Of a stretch of 64,000 bases of DNA, positions 46,784 to 56,546 are shown one piece after another (position 1 is the stretch's first letter; each line of letters begins with the position of its first letter). The DNA is from Candidatus Latescibacterota bacterium. GTDB lineage: Bacteria; Latescibacterota; UBA2968; GCA-2709665. The notes beneath the pieces were generated by a model. It was not told the origin of the DNA, did not search any database, and saw only the letters and a list, made by a program, of their open reading frames with translations. Location: assembly GCA_965219455.1 (NCBI GenBank), contig OZ244744.1:992001-1056000 (forward strand), given 5' to 3'. Both the position numbers and the translations under genes were made by a program.

Positions 46784-48349
46784 CTATAACCTCTCCAACC
46801 GTCCCTCGTCCAACATAAAGATCTCATCCGCCAGGTGAGAAACCAGACGCCGGTCGTGGCTGACAACGACGAAGCCGCCGGGAAACGTCTCAAGCAGCCG
46901 TTCCAGCACCTCCACGGACTCGACGTCCAGGTGCGTCGTGGGTTCGTCCAGCACCAGAAACTCCATCTGTTTCAGTATCATCTTTACAATGGCGCCGCGC
47001 ATCCGCTCACCGTAACTCAACGTATCAACCGGCCGGACCACCTTATCGGCGCGCAGTTTGGCCGCGCCCAGGAACTGCCGCACCTCGCTTTCCTCGAAAT
47101 CGACGTCTGCAAAATTGTGCAGGAAGATCTCCTGGTCGTAAAACCCGTCCAGGCCCTGCGTCACATATCCGGTCCTTACATTGGAATTGAAGTAGGCTGT
47201 GCCCGAGTCCGGCGGCATTTTCGCGGTCATCACATTCAGGAGCGTTGTCTTCCCGGCCCCGTTCGGCCCCATGATTGCGATCCGGTCTCGGGTCTCCACA
47301 ACCAGGTCCAGCGCCTCCAGGACCGGGCTGCCGCCCAACTGCTTGTCCACCGACTCCATCCTCCCCACCAGCCGCCGGTCCACCTCGTAGGGCGGAAAGT
47401 TCAATCGGATTCTTTTTTCGATCCAGGGCTTCTCCTCTTCCAGAGCGGCCGTGTGCCGCTCCAGCCGTCGTTCCATCACCTTCGCGCCTTTCATCACCTT
47501 TGCGGCCAGACGACGGCTTGACGAATCCCTTGTCTCGTTCTCTCTGCTCACCCCCCACGCCATGCGTCGCCGCATGGCCTCCTGCAGCCTGGATATCTTC
47601 TTTCTCAACGTCCTGGCCCTGTCCATCCGGCCCTGAAACTCCCGCTCCTTATGCTCCAGCGCCATTGAATAGCCGCCCTGAACCGAGAACATCCGTCCCC
47701 GCTCCAGGTAAACCGTTCTATCCGCGACATTGTCGATCAATTCCCGGTCGTGGCTCACGATCAACACGGCCCTACCCCGTCGTTTGACAAGACGGATGCC
47801 CTCCTCGAACGCCGTAATGCCCCTTATATCCAGGTAGTTCAACGGTTCGTCGAACAGCATCAGATCCGCGTCCAGGGCCAACACACCGGCCAGGTCCACC
47901 TTCCGCTGCTGCCCGCGAGACATGGTCCTGTACGGCGCCTCCAACTCCACACCGAAATTTCCGGCATAGACCCGGACCCGGTCCTCGCGTTCGAACCCGC
48001 CCGACTCGTAGTAGTCCTGATAAAACTCGTGCCGTCCCGCCTGAATGCCCCTGTAAAGCCGCACCAACTCGGCGTCGAATGACAACGCCCGCTCAAGCGC
48101 CGAACCTTCGAACCCCACCGGGCTCTCCTGGGGCACACAGGCGGGCCTGGCGGACCTGTCCAGCGCCACGGTTCCCCCGTAATCCGTGATCTCGCCCATG
48201 AGGCAATTCAACAGCGTGGTCTTTCCGCATCCGTTGGCGCCCACGACCGCAACCGCCTCACCCCCCTGCAAGCTGAATGTTATTCGGTCCAGCACTGAAA
48301 CAGCCCCGTAGGTAACGCGCAATTCATGCACCTGCAGCACGGCCCTCAC
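46784..48349 (-). CDS. ABC-F family ATPase
   Basis: Two NBDs (GANGCGKT..DEPLNYLD; GPNGAGKT..LSYGE..DEPTTHLD), no TM domain, long helical linker. Confidence 0.9.
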   Translation of the reverse strand: MRAVLQVHELRVTYGAVSVLDRITFSLQGGEAVAVVGANGCGKTTLLNCLMGEITDYGGTVALDRSARPACVPQESPVGFEGSALERALSFDAELVRLYRGIQAGRHEFYQDYYESGGFEREDRVRVYAGNFGVELEAPYRTMSRGQQRKVDLAGVLALDADLMLFDEPLNYLDIRGITAFEEGIRLVKRRGRAVLIVSHDRELIDNVADRTVYLERGRMFSVQGGYSMALEHKEREFQGRMDRARTLRKKISRLQEAMRRRMAWGVSRENETRDSSSRRLAAKVMKGAKVMERRLERHTAALEEEKPWIEKRIRLNFPPYEVDRRLVGRMESVDKQLGGSPVLEALDLVVETRDRIAIMGPNGAGKTTLLNVMTAKMPPDSGTAYFNSNVRTGYVTQGLDGFYDQEIFLHNFADVDFEESEVRQFLGAAKLRADKVVRPVDTLSYGERMRGAIVKMILKQMEFLVLDEPTTHLDVESVEVLERLLETFPGGFVVVSHDRRLVSHLADEIFMLDEGRLERL

Positions 48350-48478
48350 CCCCTTCCGTTCACCGTTTCATTCGTCCGGCGAGCGCTCAATGGTCGACGT
48401 CCCGCCCCTTCCGAAGTCTCCAGTCCCCGCAAGGTCGCTTATATGCACCGCGCTTGAGAAGACACATCCACCGTACCT

Positions 48479-48814
48479 TCACCGGGATGGAGGCATCGGT
48501 TGCGCATCTTCACGTGTCGGACCGACCCGGACAACGTCTACGCGATCGGAATCCGGATCCGCATTGCCGACCTCCTCGATCTGCGACTGCGCGGTCGGAT
48601 CGCTCTCGGGCACGTACCGGATCAGATCCTCGATCCCGCAGTCCAGCGCCCTGCAGAGACCGTCCAGCGTTTCGAACCGGATCCCCTTCACCCTGTGCGG
48701 CCGGTTGTACAACGCGTCCACCGTCTGGCGCGACAGGCCGGCACGACGGGCAAGACGGGAGATGCTACGTATGCGCCGCCGCCACATCATATCCTCGATA
48801 TTGATCTGTATCAC
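48479..48814 (-). CDS. Cro/C1-type HTH regulator (YozG-like)
   Basis: LARRAGLSRQTV..KGIRFETLDGLCRALDCGIEDL; GTG start after GGAGG. Confidence 0.85.
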   Translation of the reverse strand: MIQINIEDMMWRRRIRSISRLARRAGLSRQTVDALYNRPHRVKGIRFETLDGLCRALDCGIEDLIRYVPESDPTAQSQIEEVGNADPDSDRVDVVRVGPTREDAQPMPPSR

Positions 48815-49046
48815 ACCGGACACCTCCTTCCCTGAAATTGCCATTCCATTTAAATCCTGGCAACCCGATTGCGCCATTCCCTCACCGGGTAACTTGATGA
48901 CCTGAACTGTCTACCACCAATAAAAGCCAAAACCTTGAAACAAAGTGTATATATTTCTTGTCATATATTATGAAAACCATGATAAAATATATATAAATTA
49001 TGTCTTAATGACAAGATTTACATACAAAATGCAAAATACCCTTTTT

Positions 49047-49270
49047 TCTTCGTCCTTTTTCTTGTACGCCCAAGAAAAAGGACCAAAAAGAACGGCGCCG
49101 TTCGGCACGGGGCCGGTTTTTCCGCGAATCTCCTTAGTGGAAACAACTGGAAATTGTGTGCCCTGCAAACTCGTAAGCCGTTCCAGTACCACAGTGCTGA
49201 ACGGATCAGCGCGGAAAAACCCCCCACCCCGCCACCGGTCGCGTGGAGGGTGGAACCCTTGAATGGGCGC
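49047..49270 (+). repeat. Structured ~220-nt dispersed element, copy B
   Basis: First ~85 nt nearly identical to copy A; GGTTTTTCCGCG...CGCGGAAAAACC stem. Confidence 0.8.
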
Positions 49271-49272
49271 AC

Positions 49273-49410
49273 GTAGGGGCGGTTCGCGAACCGCCTGCCT
49301 CGCCTGCGTCAGCAGGCAGGCCCCTACAAGAACCAGACATCCGTGATATTTTTGTCACTGTGACGCGCGGCTGCGTTGTATTTGTAGGGGCAACCCTTGT
49401 GGTTGCCCGC
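49273..49410. repeat. GTAG-type REP palindromes (first one interrupted)
   Basis: GTAGGGGCGGTTCGCGAACCG^CCCCTAC at 49273-49327 and GTAGGGGCAACC-CTTGT-GGTTGCCC at about 49384. Confidence 0.75.
49294..49320. mobile_element. 27-bp CCTGCCTCGC...GCAGGCAGG mini-palindrome
   Basis: Removal restores a perfect 28-bp REP palindrome. Confidence 0.8.
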
Positions 49411-49678
49411 GTTGTGGCGTTGATATCGCCAGGCCGTATCGCTATCCGGTTTGGGCTGAGAGCTGACCGCTGTTCTTGCTGACGATTTCGACGGTCCCTT
49501 TCACAGTTGCGCCCGTTCGTGATCCCCATGTATATTCCCGATGATTACTGTGGCGAGGGTAACACAAGCGGACGAACGATTGCGGTAGACGCGCACGGGG
49601 TGCCTTTCATCCTGTCCATCCTGCAAATCCATGTTGCATTATTCACCATCGCGCAAGCGCCCGACAACGGAGACATAT

Positions 49679-50749
49679 ATGACCGACGTTTCGTTCGACG
49701 ACCTGCTGGATATCCGAAAGGGCGGAGACGGCCTCACGATGGGCGGCGGCGCGTCGCACATCGCCAGAATCGAAACCCAGGAGGAGTGGGAAACAAAAGC
49801 GGCGGCGCTGCGGGCTATTTTCCGCGAGACCCTCGGCCGAGGCCCCTCGGAAGTCTGCCCGGCGGACGAGGAGGTTATTTCCGAAACCTTCCACGGAGAC
49901 CACGTCAAGCGGAGCATAGCCTACAACGTGGGACCGGATGAACGCATTGTCGCGGACGTGCTCATCCCCGGGGGGCTCGATGCCGCGGCCCCGGCCGTAC
50001 TCTGCATCCACCCCACCACGCCGCTGGGGAGAGAACAGGTCATCGGTAACGATCCCTCCGAAAAGGGCCGCGACCGCGCCTACGCCCTTCACCTGGTCCG
50101 GCGCGGCTTCATTACCCTGGCGTACGACCTGATAAGCGCCAACGAACGTAAATACGAGGGGCTACGCGACTTCGACACCGCGCCCTTCTACGAAAAATAT
50201 CCCGAATGGTCCATCCGCGGCAAGGACCTGTGGGATCTGAGCCGGGCTGTCGATCTGCTCGAAACCATACCCGAGGCGGACGCCAAACGCATCGGATCCA
50301 TCGGCCATTCGCAGGGGGGCGGGATCACGATCCACGCGATGGCGCTCGAACCGCGCATCTCGGCCGGCGTCTCGAGTTGCGGCGACTGGCCCTCCCGGTT
50401 CTCCAGGAATCCGTTCAACCATGCGCGGACCGGCTGGTGGGTAGGCCGCCCCTTCCTGAGGCCGTACTGTCAGACCGGCAAACCCTTTCCGATCGAACTC
50501 CACGAATACCTCGCCCTGGCCGCGCCCCGCGCCATCTTGCCCATCACGGCGCTCAACGACTTTCAGTATGGCCTGGAGGAAACCCAAATCACACGGCCGG
50601 TTCTCGAGCGCATGGCCGAATCGGTCTCCGAGGTCTTTTCGCTCTATGGCGTTAAAGGCAACTTTCGCCAGGTCCTGCACGAAGAAGGCCACGGCTTCGA
50701 CGATGCGCAACGGGAAACCGCGTATCAATTTATGGAAGACAAGCTGTAG
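49679..50749 (+). CDS. Alpha/beta hydrolase (dienelactone hydrolase/esterase-like)
   Basis: PAVLCIH, RAVDLL, IGHSQGG nucleophile elbow, APR, GHGF. Confidence 0.88.
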   Translation: MTDVSFDDLLDIRKGGDGLTMGGGASHIARIETQEEWETKAAALRAIFRETLGRGPSEVCPADEEVISETFHGDHVKRSIAYNVGPDERIVADVLIPGGLDAAAPAVLCIHPTTPLGREQVIGNDPSEKGRDRAYALHLVRRGFITLAYDLISANERKYEGLRDFDTAPFYEKYPEWSIRGKDLWDLSRAVDLLETIPEADAKRIGSIGHSQGGGITIHAMALEPRISAGVSSCGDWPSRFSRNPFNHARTGWWVGRPFLRPYCQTGKPFPIELHEYLALAAPRAILPITALNDFQYGLEETQITRPVLERMAESVSEVFSLYGVKGNFRQVLHEEGHGFDDAQRETAYQFMEDKL

Positions 50750-50882
50750 GCTATCAGCAAAGGCGGTAGAGGGAAGACGGAAGACAAGGCGAGAAAGGCC
50801 GAATGAGGTGAGACGTGAGAGGTGAGAAACAGCAAAAACCGGTTGGGCGACGGTGTCTTCTTGCGTCTAACGTCTCACCGAA

Positions 50883-50911
50883 AAAGGGCTCCGGATACAC
50901 CGGAGCCCTTT
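50883..50911. terminator. Bidirectional intrinsic terminator
   Basis: AAAGGGCTCCGG-ATACA-CCGGAGCCCTTT between convergent genes. Confidence 0.75.
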
Positions 50912-50939
50912 GCGCTTATGAATCGACTGGCGCGCGCCC

Positions 50940-51470
50940 TCAGTCGTCCTCTAACTTGAAGTGTATCGGGATCACGAGCCAGACCTTAACGGGCCGATCG
51001 CTTTGACGGGCCGGCTCAAACAGAAACTTGCGCACCGCGTCTTCGGCCGATTTCCGGAAGATTTCCTCGCCCTTCAACATCCGGACACTCTCCGCTTTTC
51101 CGTCTTTGCCAAGAAGCACTTTCAACATGACGGATCCCTCCAGGCCCGCCTGATCAGCCTCGGCTTCTGCTCCACTTTCCACACGTCCAGGATTTCCTCC
51201 TCTTCGAAGGGAGCTAGTTCGCCTCCTGCAGGCGGGGGCGGAGGCGGCAGGTTCACGGGTACGTCTTCCAGTTCAAGATCGGTCGTCTCGATCGTCACGT
51301 CGTCCGGGACGTCATCGCTTTCGGTCTCGATGGGCAAAGCCGGGCGCGGCGGGGGCGGACGTGTGATCTGCTGGGTCTCGGGAAGGTCCTCAATCTGAAT
51401 CACGATCTGTTCCGGTTTGGATGTCGTAGCCTGAATATCCAGGGTTGGAAACAGAACGGCGATTACGGCA
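50940..51470 (-). pseudogene. TonB paralog, 5'-truncated and frameshifted
   Basis: Two ORF pieces match 55409-56179; an internal deletion removes the LPVYPQFALRA segment near 51145; N-terminus missing next to IS630. Confidence 0.85.
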
Positions 51471-51588
51471 GGCAACCCCCGCCTTTGCTCCGCCTCTCCC
51501 GTGGGACCTACCCCCTACTACTGACCCCCCTCCTTAATCAAAGCATAAAATACTTGACAATTCGGGTTGATATGCTTATATCGTCTGT

Positions 51589-52650
51589 ATGGCACAAAGA
51601 GATGCGAGATCGCTGTCGGCACAATCGCAAGAGGACCTGCGACATCGTGTGATTCAAGCCGTGACCGAAAAAGGGGTCACTCAGGTGCAGGCCGCCCGGT
51701 TGTTTGGTGTGTCGCGCCAGGCGATATACACGTGGCTGACGCGGTATAGAGCAAAGGGAGACAAAGGGCTGGCATCCAGGCGTCGAGGCCGTCCGTCGCA
51801 ACCCAGGCTGAAAGCGGCGCAGGCGCGTGTGGTGCAGCGCTTCATACGGGACCGGTGTCCGGATCAGCTCAAGTTGCCGTTCGTGTTGTGGACCAGAGAA
51901 GCGGTCCAGCAATTGATCGCCGATCGGATGGGTGTGCAGGTCTCGGTCTGGACGGTGGGGCGGTATTTGAAACGTTGGGGCTTCACCCCGCAAAAGCCGC
52001 TGAAGCGTGCGTATGAGCGCGACCCGGACGCGGTGGCGCGGTGGCTGGAGACAGAATATCCGCAGATCCGTGAGGAAGCCAGGAAGGAGGATGCCACGCT
52101 GTGGTGGGCAGACGAAATGGGCATGCGCATGGACGATCAGGGCGGGCGCAGCTACAGTATGAAAGGGCACACCCCCGTGATTCCGGGCAGTCTGCCTCGC
52201 CTTGCTCAGCAGGCAGGCGGTCAACGCGCTCGCTGCTCGATGATGTCGGCCATCACCAACCGAGGCCAGCTTTGCTTCCACGTGTTCAGAGGCCAGCTCA
52301 ACTCGAACGTGTTCATTGACTTCTTGCGCCGTCTCAAGCGGCAATCTGAACGAAAGCTCTTCGTGATCGTGGACCGACATCCTGTCCACCGCTCCGAAAA
52401 AACGCAAAAGTGGATCGACAAACACGCGGCCAAGGTCCGCCTCATCTTCCTGCCCGCCTACAGCCCGGACCTCAATCCCGATGAGATGCTCAACCAGGAT
52501 GTGAAATCCAACGCCGTTCGCACAAAGCGCCCTCCAACGCTTCAACAGATGATGGACAACGTCCGCGCTTACCTGCGCGGCAGACAACGAAAAAGGGCCA
52601 GCGTAAAACGCACCTTTCATGCCCCTTCCGTACGCTACGCCGCGCTCTAA
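51589..52650 (+). CDS. IS630 DDE transposase
   Basis: HTHs, WGFTPQKP, WADE, IVDRHPVH, LPAYSPDLNPDE. Confidence 0.95.
   Translation: MAQRDARSLSAQSQEDLRHRVIQAVTEKGVTQVQAARLFGVSRQAIYTWLTRYRAKGDKGLASRRRGRPSQPRLKAAQARVVQRFIRDRCPDQLKLPFVLWTREAVQQLIADRMGVQVSVWTVGRYLKRWGFTPQKPLKRAYERDPDAVARWLETEYPQIREEARKEDATLWWADEMGMRMDDQGGRSYSMKGHTPVIPGSLPRLAQQAGGQRARCSMMSAITNRGQLCFHVFRGQLNSNVFIDFLRRLKRQSERKLFVIVDRHPVHRSEKTQKWIDKHAAKVRLIFLPAYSPDLNPDEMLNQDVKSNAVRTKRPPTLQQMMDNVRAYLRGRQRKRASVKRTFHAPSVRYAAL
52191..52217. mobile_element. 27-bp mini-palindrome inserted in frame in the transposase
   Basis: TCTGCCTCGCCTTGCTCAGCAGGCAGG; removal gives TPVIPGSGQR, like typical IS630 TPVxxxTGQR. Confidence 0.75.
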
Positions 52651-52839
52651 TTGTGTCAACTATTTAACGCTCCCTGTAATAAACAAACCAGACCTCCTTT
52701 AATCCTTTCCCAAAAATACGACACCACTCTACCGCCGATTCATCCCGTCTCGCGGCGTCGCTTGCACTGCCTGGGCCAGGCTTGTCGAAGGGTCGAAGGG
52801 ATACGAAACGGTCCGAAAGTCTTCTTCCTTTAAATCGCA

Positions 52840-52871
52840 AAATGACAGGCAGCCTTCACTGCCTGTCATTT
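52840..52871. terminator. Hairpin / intrinsic terminator
   Basis: AAATGACAGGCAG-CCTTCA-CTGCCTGTCATTT perfect 13-bp stem. Confidence 0.65.
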
Positions 52872-53295
52872 ATTCGGTCCCAACCAGACGGGGCGGAACA
52901 TCCTGACCGGCGAGTCGCGGGCTAACCGGAAATCTGGAAAAGACCGTCGCCGGATATCGGTACAGTTGATTCGTCAAACGCGTTATAAATGGCGCAGAAA
53001 GAGCGCCGGGCGCAACCGTATCGGAATCCCTGACGTCCGTCAGGTCATTACGGCTCAAAACGATAGACCACGGGCAACTGCGCCGGGTCTACGACGCTCG
53101 TATCCGTGTGGTGGTAGATGTTCACACGCCCGGTGCCGCAGTCTCCGAACCCGTCACAGGTGAGTTCGCCGATGAGACCCGGAAGGCCCGCCGCGCTGAG
53201 CAGAGGCGACGCCGATGGCGATCTTTGCCGGCAGACCGCCGGGCGACAGCGGGGTCGCGCCCGTTACACTATCTCAGTAGGGGCCATAGATTGGC

Positions 53296-54432
53296 TTACT
53301 TGAAGACTTCAAAGGCACCGTTCCGCACCTTCAGCACAATGGGATTGTAAACCGCGTCGCCATCGGGATTGAACGAGAAACGCCCCAGAATCGTATCGAC
53401 CTCCCGGGTATTGATCATCGCGCGTTTGATCGCACTCGCGTCCATCGATCCAGTTTCCGCTATTGCTTTGGCGAGAACAACCAGCGAGACGTAAGAAATC
53501 GCGCCCCATGGATGCGGTTCATAGCCGTACCTGGCGATGTAATTTTCAACGAAGGCCTGGTTCCCAGGTGTGGAAGCGTTGCTTGCCCAACTCAATACGG
53601 AAATCGCGCCTTCGGCGGCGTCGCCCGCTTTCTTAACTTCGGTCAGGGACAGTTCAGGTATGATCATAGGAATCATTGAAGTGATGCCAACCTCACGGGC
53701 GTTGACCAGAACTTGAATCATCTCCGCCGCCAGACACGAGACAAACACGGCATGTGGCTTCAAAGCCATTATTCTGCTCAGCTGGTCGGCAAACGAGGTG
53801 TCGCCCGTTGCAAAAGTCTCCCTTGTCAGAATCTGGACCTCGTTCTCGGCCAGGGCGTTGCGCAATTCCTCGTCCAAGCTGCGGGAATACACGTCGGTCG
53901 AATCGACCATAATCGCCACTCTTCGATACCTCAGTTTCTCCTTCGTACCCTTGACGGCGCCTGGAGCGAGCGTGCCAACGTTGAGGCCTGTGCGGAAGAT
54001 ATAGTCGCCGATCGCGCTCAGGCCGACGGCGGTCGATGTCGAACTTAAAGTCAGAACCTCGCTCTGTTGAGCGATCGGAAACACCTCCTTCGCCACGGTG
54101 GAAATACCGGGACCCAGGATGACGGACACACCGTCCTCTTTGATAAGTTTATTGAACGCTTTCGTGGCGGCATCAACCGTGCCTCGGGAATCCTCCATGA
54201 TGAACTCGATGTTTGAGCCTCCGAGTATCGATGAACCGTTGATTTCTTCAAGTGCGAACTGGAAGCCTTCCCACGCCGGCGCGCCGTATAAAATCTGCGG
54301 GCCGGTCAGCGGGAGTGCGACGCCGATCTCGATCTTTTCGGGCAGACCATCTGCAACGCAGCCCCAGCTCACGGCTGCGACGAGCGAGAAAACGAACAGA
54401 CTGCGAATCTTGGTAAACAAGGCTGACCCCAT
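53296..54432 (-). CDS. LivJ/LivK-like ABC substrate-binding (lipo)protein
   Basis: SWGC lipobox-like, IGVALPLTG, ALEEIN, IGDYIFR, GRFSFNPDGD. Confidence 0.9.
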   Translation of the reverse strand: MGSALFTKIRSLFVFSLVAAVSWGCVADGLPEKIEIGVALPLTGPQILYGAPAWEGFQFALEEINGSSILGGSNIEFIMEDSRGTVDAATKAFNKLIKEDGVSVILGPGISTVAKEVFPIAQQSEVLTLSSTSTAVGLSAIGDYIFRTGLNVGTLAPGAVKGTKEKLRYRRVAIMVDSTDVYSRSLDEELRNALAENEVQILTRETFATGDTSFADQLSRIMALKPHAVFVSCLAAEMIQVLVNAREVGITSMIPMIIPELSLTEVKKAGDAAEGAISVLSWASNASTPGNQAFVENYIARYGYEPHPWGAISYVSLVVLAKAIAETGSMDASAIKRAMINTREVDTILGRFSFNPDGDAVYNPIVLKVRNGAFEVFK

Positions 54433-54628
54433 GGGTTACGTTTGCAATTGTGAACTTGAGGAATCTCTGATTAAGCTGTCGGTTGTCTCTGCTGGAAAGA
54501 AGAGTTATAATAGAGAGGGATGGCAAGGTGAAGTCATTCTCGGGACGCCACACTCAATCACCGAATGTAACGGATTTTCCGCCATATTGCAATGACAAAA
54601 AATCACGCCTTCGTGCCCTATTTCGCCC

Positions 54629-54735
54629 TTATTACGGGGAGCATGATTTAGTTTATCTGCCCCTGCTGTGTGGTAGCGGGGTAAGAACGTCAAAAAACAG
54701 AGCATAAAATACTTGACAATTGAGTTTAATATGGA
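54629..54735. mobile_element. Orphan IS630-type end sequences
   Basis: AGCATAAAATACTTGACAATT at about 54701 is identical to 51542; TATTACGGGGAGCAT near 54630 resembles the reverse complement of the IS630 right end. Confidence 0.6.
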
Positions 54736-54740
54736 TATCA

Positions 54741-55098
54741 CACCTGTCCAAAAACGGAATTTGAAAGTATTAGAATAATCCCTCCGAGGATGCGATCATG
54801 GAAGTAGAAGAGCCAACAAGAATCCCTGAACCGCATCTCGGAGGATTGGTGTATGGTACGCACAGCCAGTCTGTTCAGTCAACTGTTGGATTTATTCCCT
54901 CGCAACCAGTTTCAGCGTTCGGTGAAAGCGCACCGGGCAGAGCGATACATGAAAGGGTTCACGTGCTGGGAACAGTTTGTGGCAATGCTGTTCTGCCAGT
55001 TGGCGCAAGCGCATTCGTTACGTGAGATCTGAGACGGACTTTCGTGTTGTCTGGGCAAACTGATCCATGTGGGGGTTCGGGAGGCGCCGAAACGGTCT
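54741..55098 (+). pseudogene. IS4-family (DUF4372) left end and truncated transposase
   Basis: CACCTGTCC end; 54853 MVRTASLFSQLL..KGFTCWEQFVAMLFCQL..SLREI*DGL..GKL.H.G..APKRS with TGA at 55030. Confidence 0.8.
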
Positions 55099-55222
55099 CC
55101 CGCGTCTTTTCGCTATATGGCGTCGAAGGCAACTTCCGCCAGGTCCTGCACGAAGTAAGGTCATGGCTTCGACGACGCGCACCGCGAAATCGCGTACGCG
55201 TTCCTGGAGAATCGGTTAGACG
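55086..55222 (+). pseudogene. Diverged duplicate of the 3' end of the 49679-50749 hydrolase
   Basis: AETVSRVFSLYGVEGNFRQVLHE vs AESVSEVFSLYGVKGNFRQVLHE; 1-nt insertion follows. Confidence 0.8.
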
Positions 55223-55349
55223 TGAGACGCAAGACGTGAGAGATCCCCTGCCGCGTCCGGTTTCATTTTGTGCCGGAGGCATAAAGGAAAAACCAATCGG
55301 GCAAGGACGTCGTCTACCGTCTAACGTCTTACCTCTACCCTCGAACACA

Positions 55350-55380
55350 CGACGGGCTCCGGTTTTTCCGGAGCCCGTCG
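55350..55380. terminator. Terminator hairpin downstream of tonB
   Basis: CGACGGGCTCCGG-TTTTT-CCGGAGCCCGTCG; homologous to 50883-50911. Confidence 0.65.
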
Positions 55381-55408
55381 TGTGTTCGTATCGGCTGACG
55401 CGCCGCTC

Positions 55409-56179
55409 TCATTCCTCAAGCTTGAAGTGAATCGGAATCACGAGCCACACCTTGACGGGCCGATCGCTTTGGCGCGCCGGCTCGAACAGGAACTTGCGCA
55501 CCGCGTCTTCGGCCGATTTCCGGAAGATTTCCTCGCCCTTCAACATCCGGATACTCTCCGCTTTTCCGTCTTTGCCAAGAAGCACTTTCAACATGACCGA
55601 TCCTTGCAGGCCGGCACGCAGCGCGAACTGAGGATACACCGGCAACGCCCTCCTCAGCAGCCTGGGCTTCTGCTCCACCTTCCAGACTTCCAGAATCTCC
55701 TCTTCTTCGAAGGGAGCCTCTTCGCTTCCTGCCGGCGGGGGCGGCGGCAGATCCACTGGTACGTCCTCCAGTTCGAGATCGGTCGTCTCGATCGTCACGT
55801 CGTCTGGAACGTCTTCGCTTTCGGTCTCGATCGGCACGGCCGGACGGGGCGGTGGCGGCGGACGGCTGATCTGTCGGGTCTCAGGAAGATCCTCTATCTG
55901 AATCACAATCTGATCGGGTTTGGAAGGTGTGGCCTGAATGTCCAGGGTTGGAAACAGAACGGCGATTCCAGCATGAACCGCCGCGGAGATAACGAACGAA
56001 AGACCCAGAACCTTCCGGTACCGCCGCTTCAGATCCGCCTCGGAATTCTTGTCCCGTTTCTCCACCTGGATTCCCGTCCGCCGATCCGCCAGGAGCAGCT
56101 CAAAACGCTTGCGTCGATCTCGCAGAGCGGCCAGATTCGACAGTATTGAACCGTCAAACCGTTGCAGCACGAACTTCAT
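55409..56179 (-). CDS. tonB: Energy transducer TonB
   Basis: TM with SAAVH (S-x3-H), Pro-rich linker, YP..A..AGLQGSV, FEPARQ...VKVW..IPIHFKL; RBS GAGGGG. Confidence 0.9.
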   Translation of the reverse strand: MKFVLQRFDGSILSNLAALRDRRKRFELLLADRRTGIQVEKRDKNSEADLKRRYRKVLGLSFVISAAVHAGIAVLFPTLDIQATPSKPDQIVIQIEDLPETRQISRPPPPPRPAVPIETESEDVPDDVTIETTDLELEDVPVDLPPPPPAGSEEAPFEEEEILEVWKVEQKPRLLRRALPVYPQFALRAGLQGSVMLKVLLGKDGKAESIRMLKGEEIFRKSAEDAVRKFLFEPARQSDRPVKVWLVIPIHFKLEE

Positions 56180-56546
56180 CTGATCCCCCTCACGATAATT
56201 CCACTAAACCACCGTGAAAACCGTCCCTTATGAATGTAGATCCGAAATGTTACGGATCGGTTACGCAAATATTGCGATTCTGTAACCTCCGGAGACGAAC
56301 CGACATCGCGCCGTGAATCCTGTGTATCTTTTCGACGTCGAAATTTTCCACTTCGTTCCAAAACCCGAACTTCGTCCCTCCCTGTACCAGGGCTAAGAGG
56401 ACGGGGCGGCGCCGGGTGGACCCTGAGGTCCGGCCCCGGTTTATTTTCGTTTTAAATGACGACCCCCAATCGTATACTTAATATCCGTACACGTAGTATA
56501 CTTATATTTGCACTTAACATGAATAAAAAAACGGGAGGTATTGCCC

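Larger units (their letters stand above)
51535..52681 (+). mobile_element. IS630-family insertion sequence
   Basis: Imperfect terminal IRs AGCATAAAATACTTGACA / TGTCAACTATTTAACGCT flanking the transposase; exact ends approximate. Confidence 0.85.

Noticed and set aside
52870-53290. Gene remnant between IS630 and the SBP gene
   Set aside because: No frame examined gave a recognisable motif.
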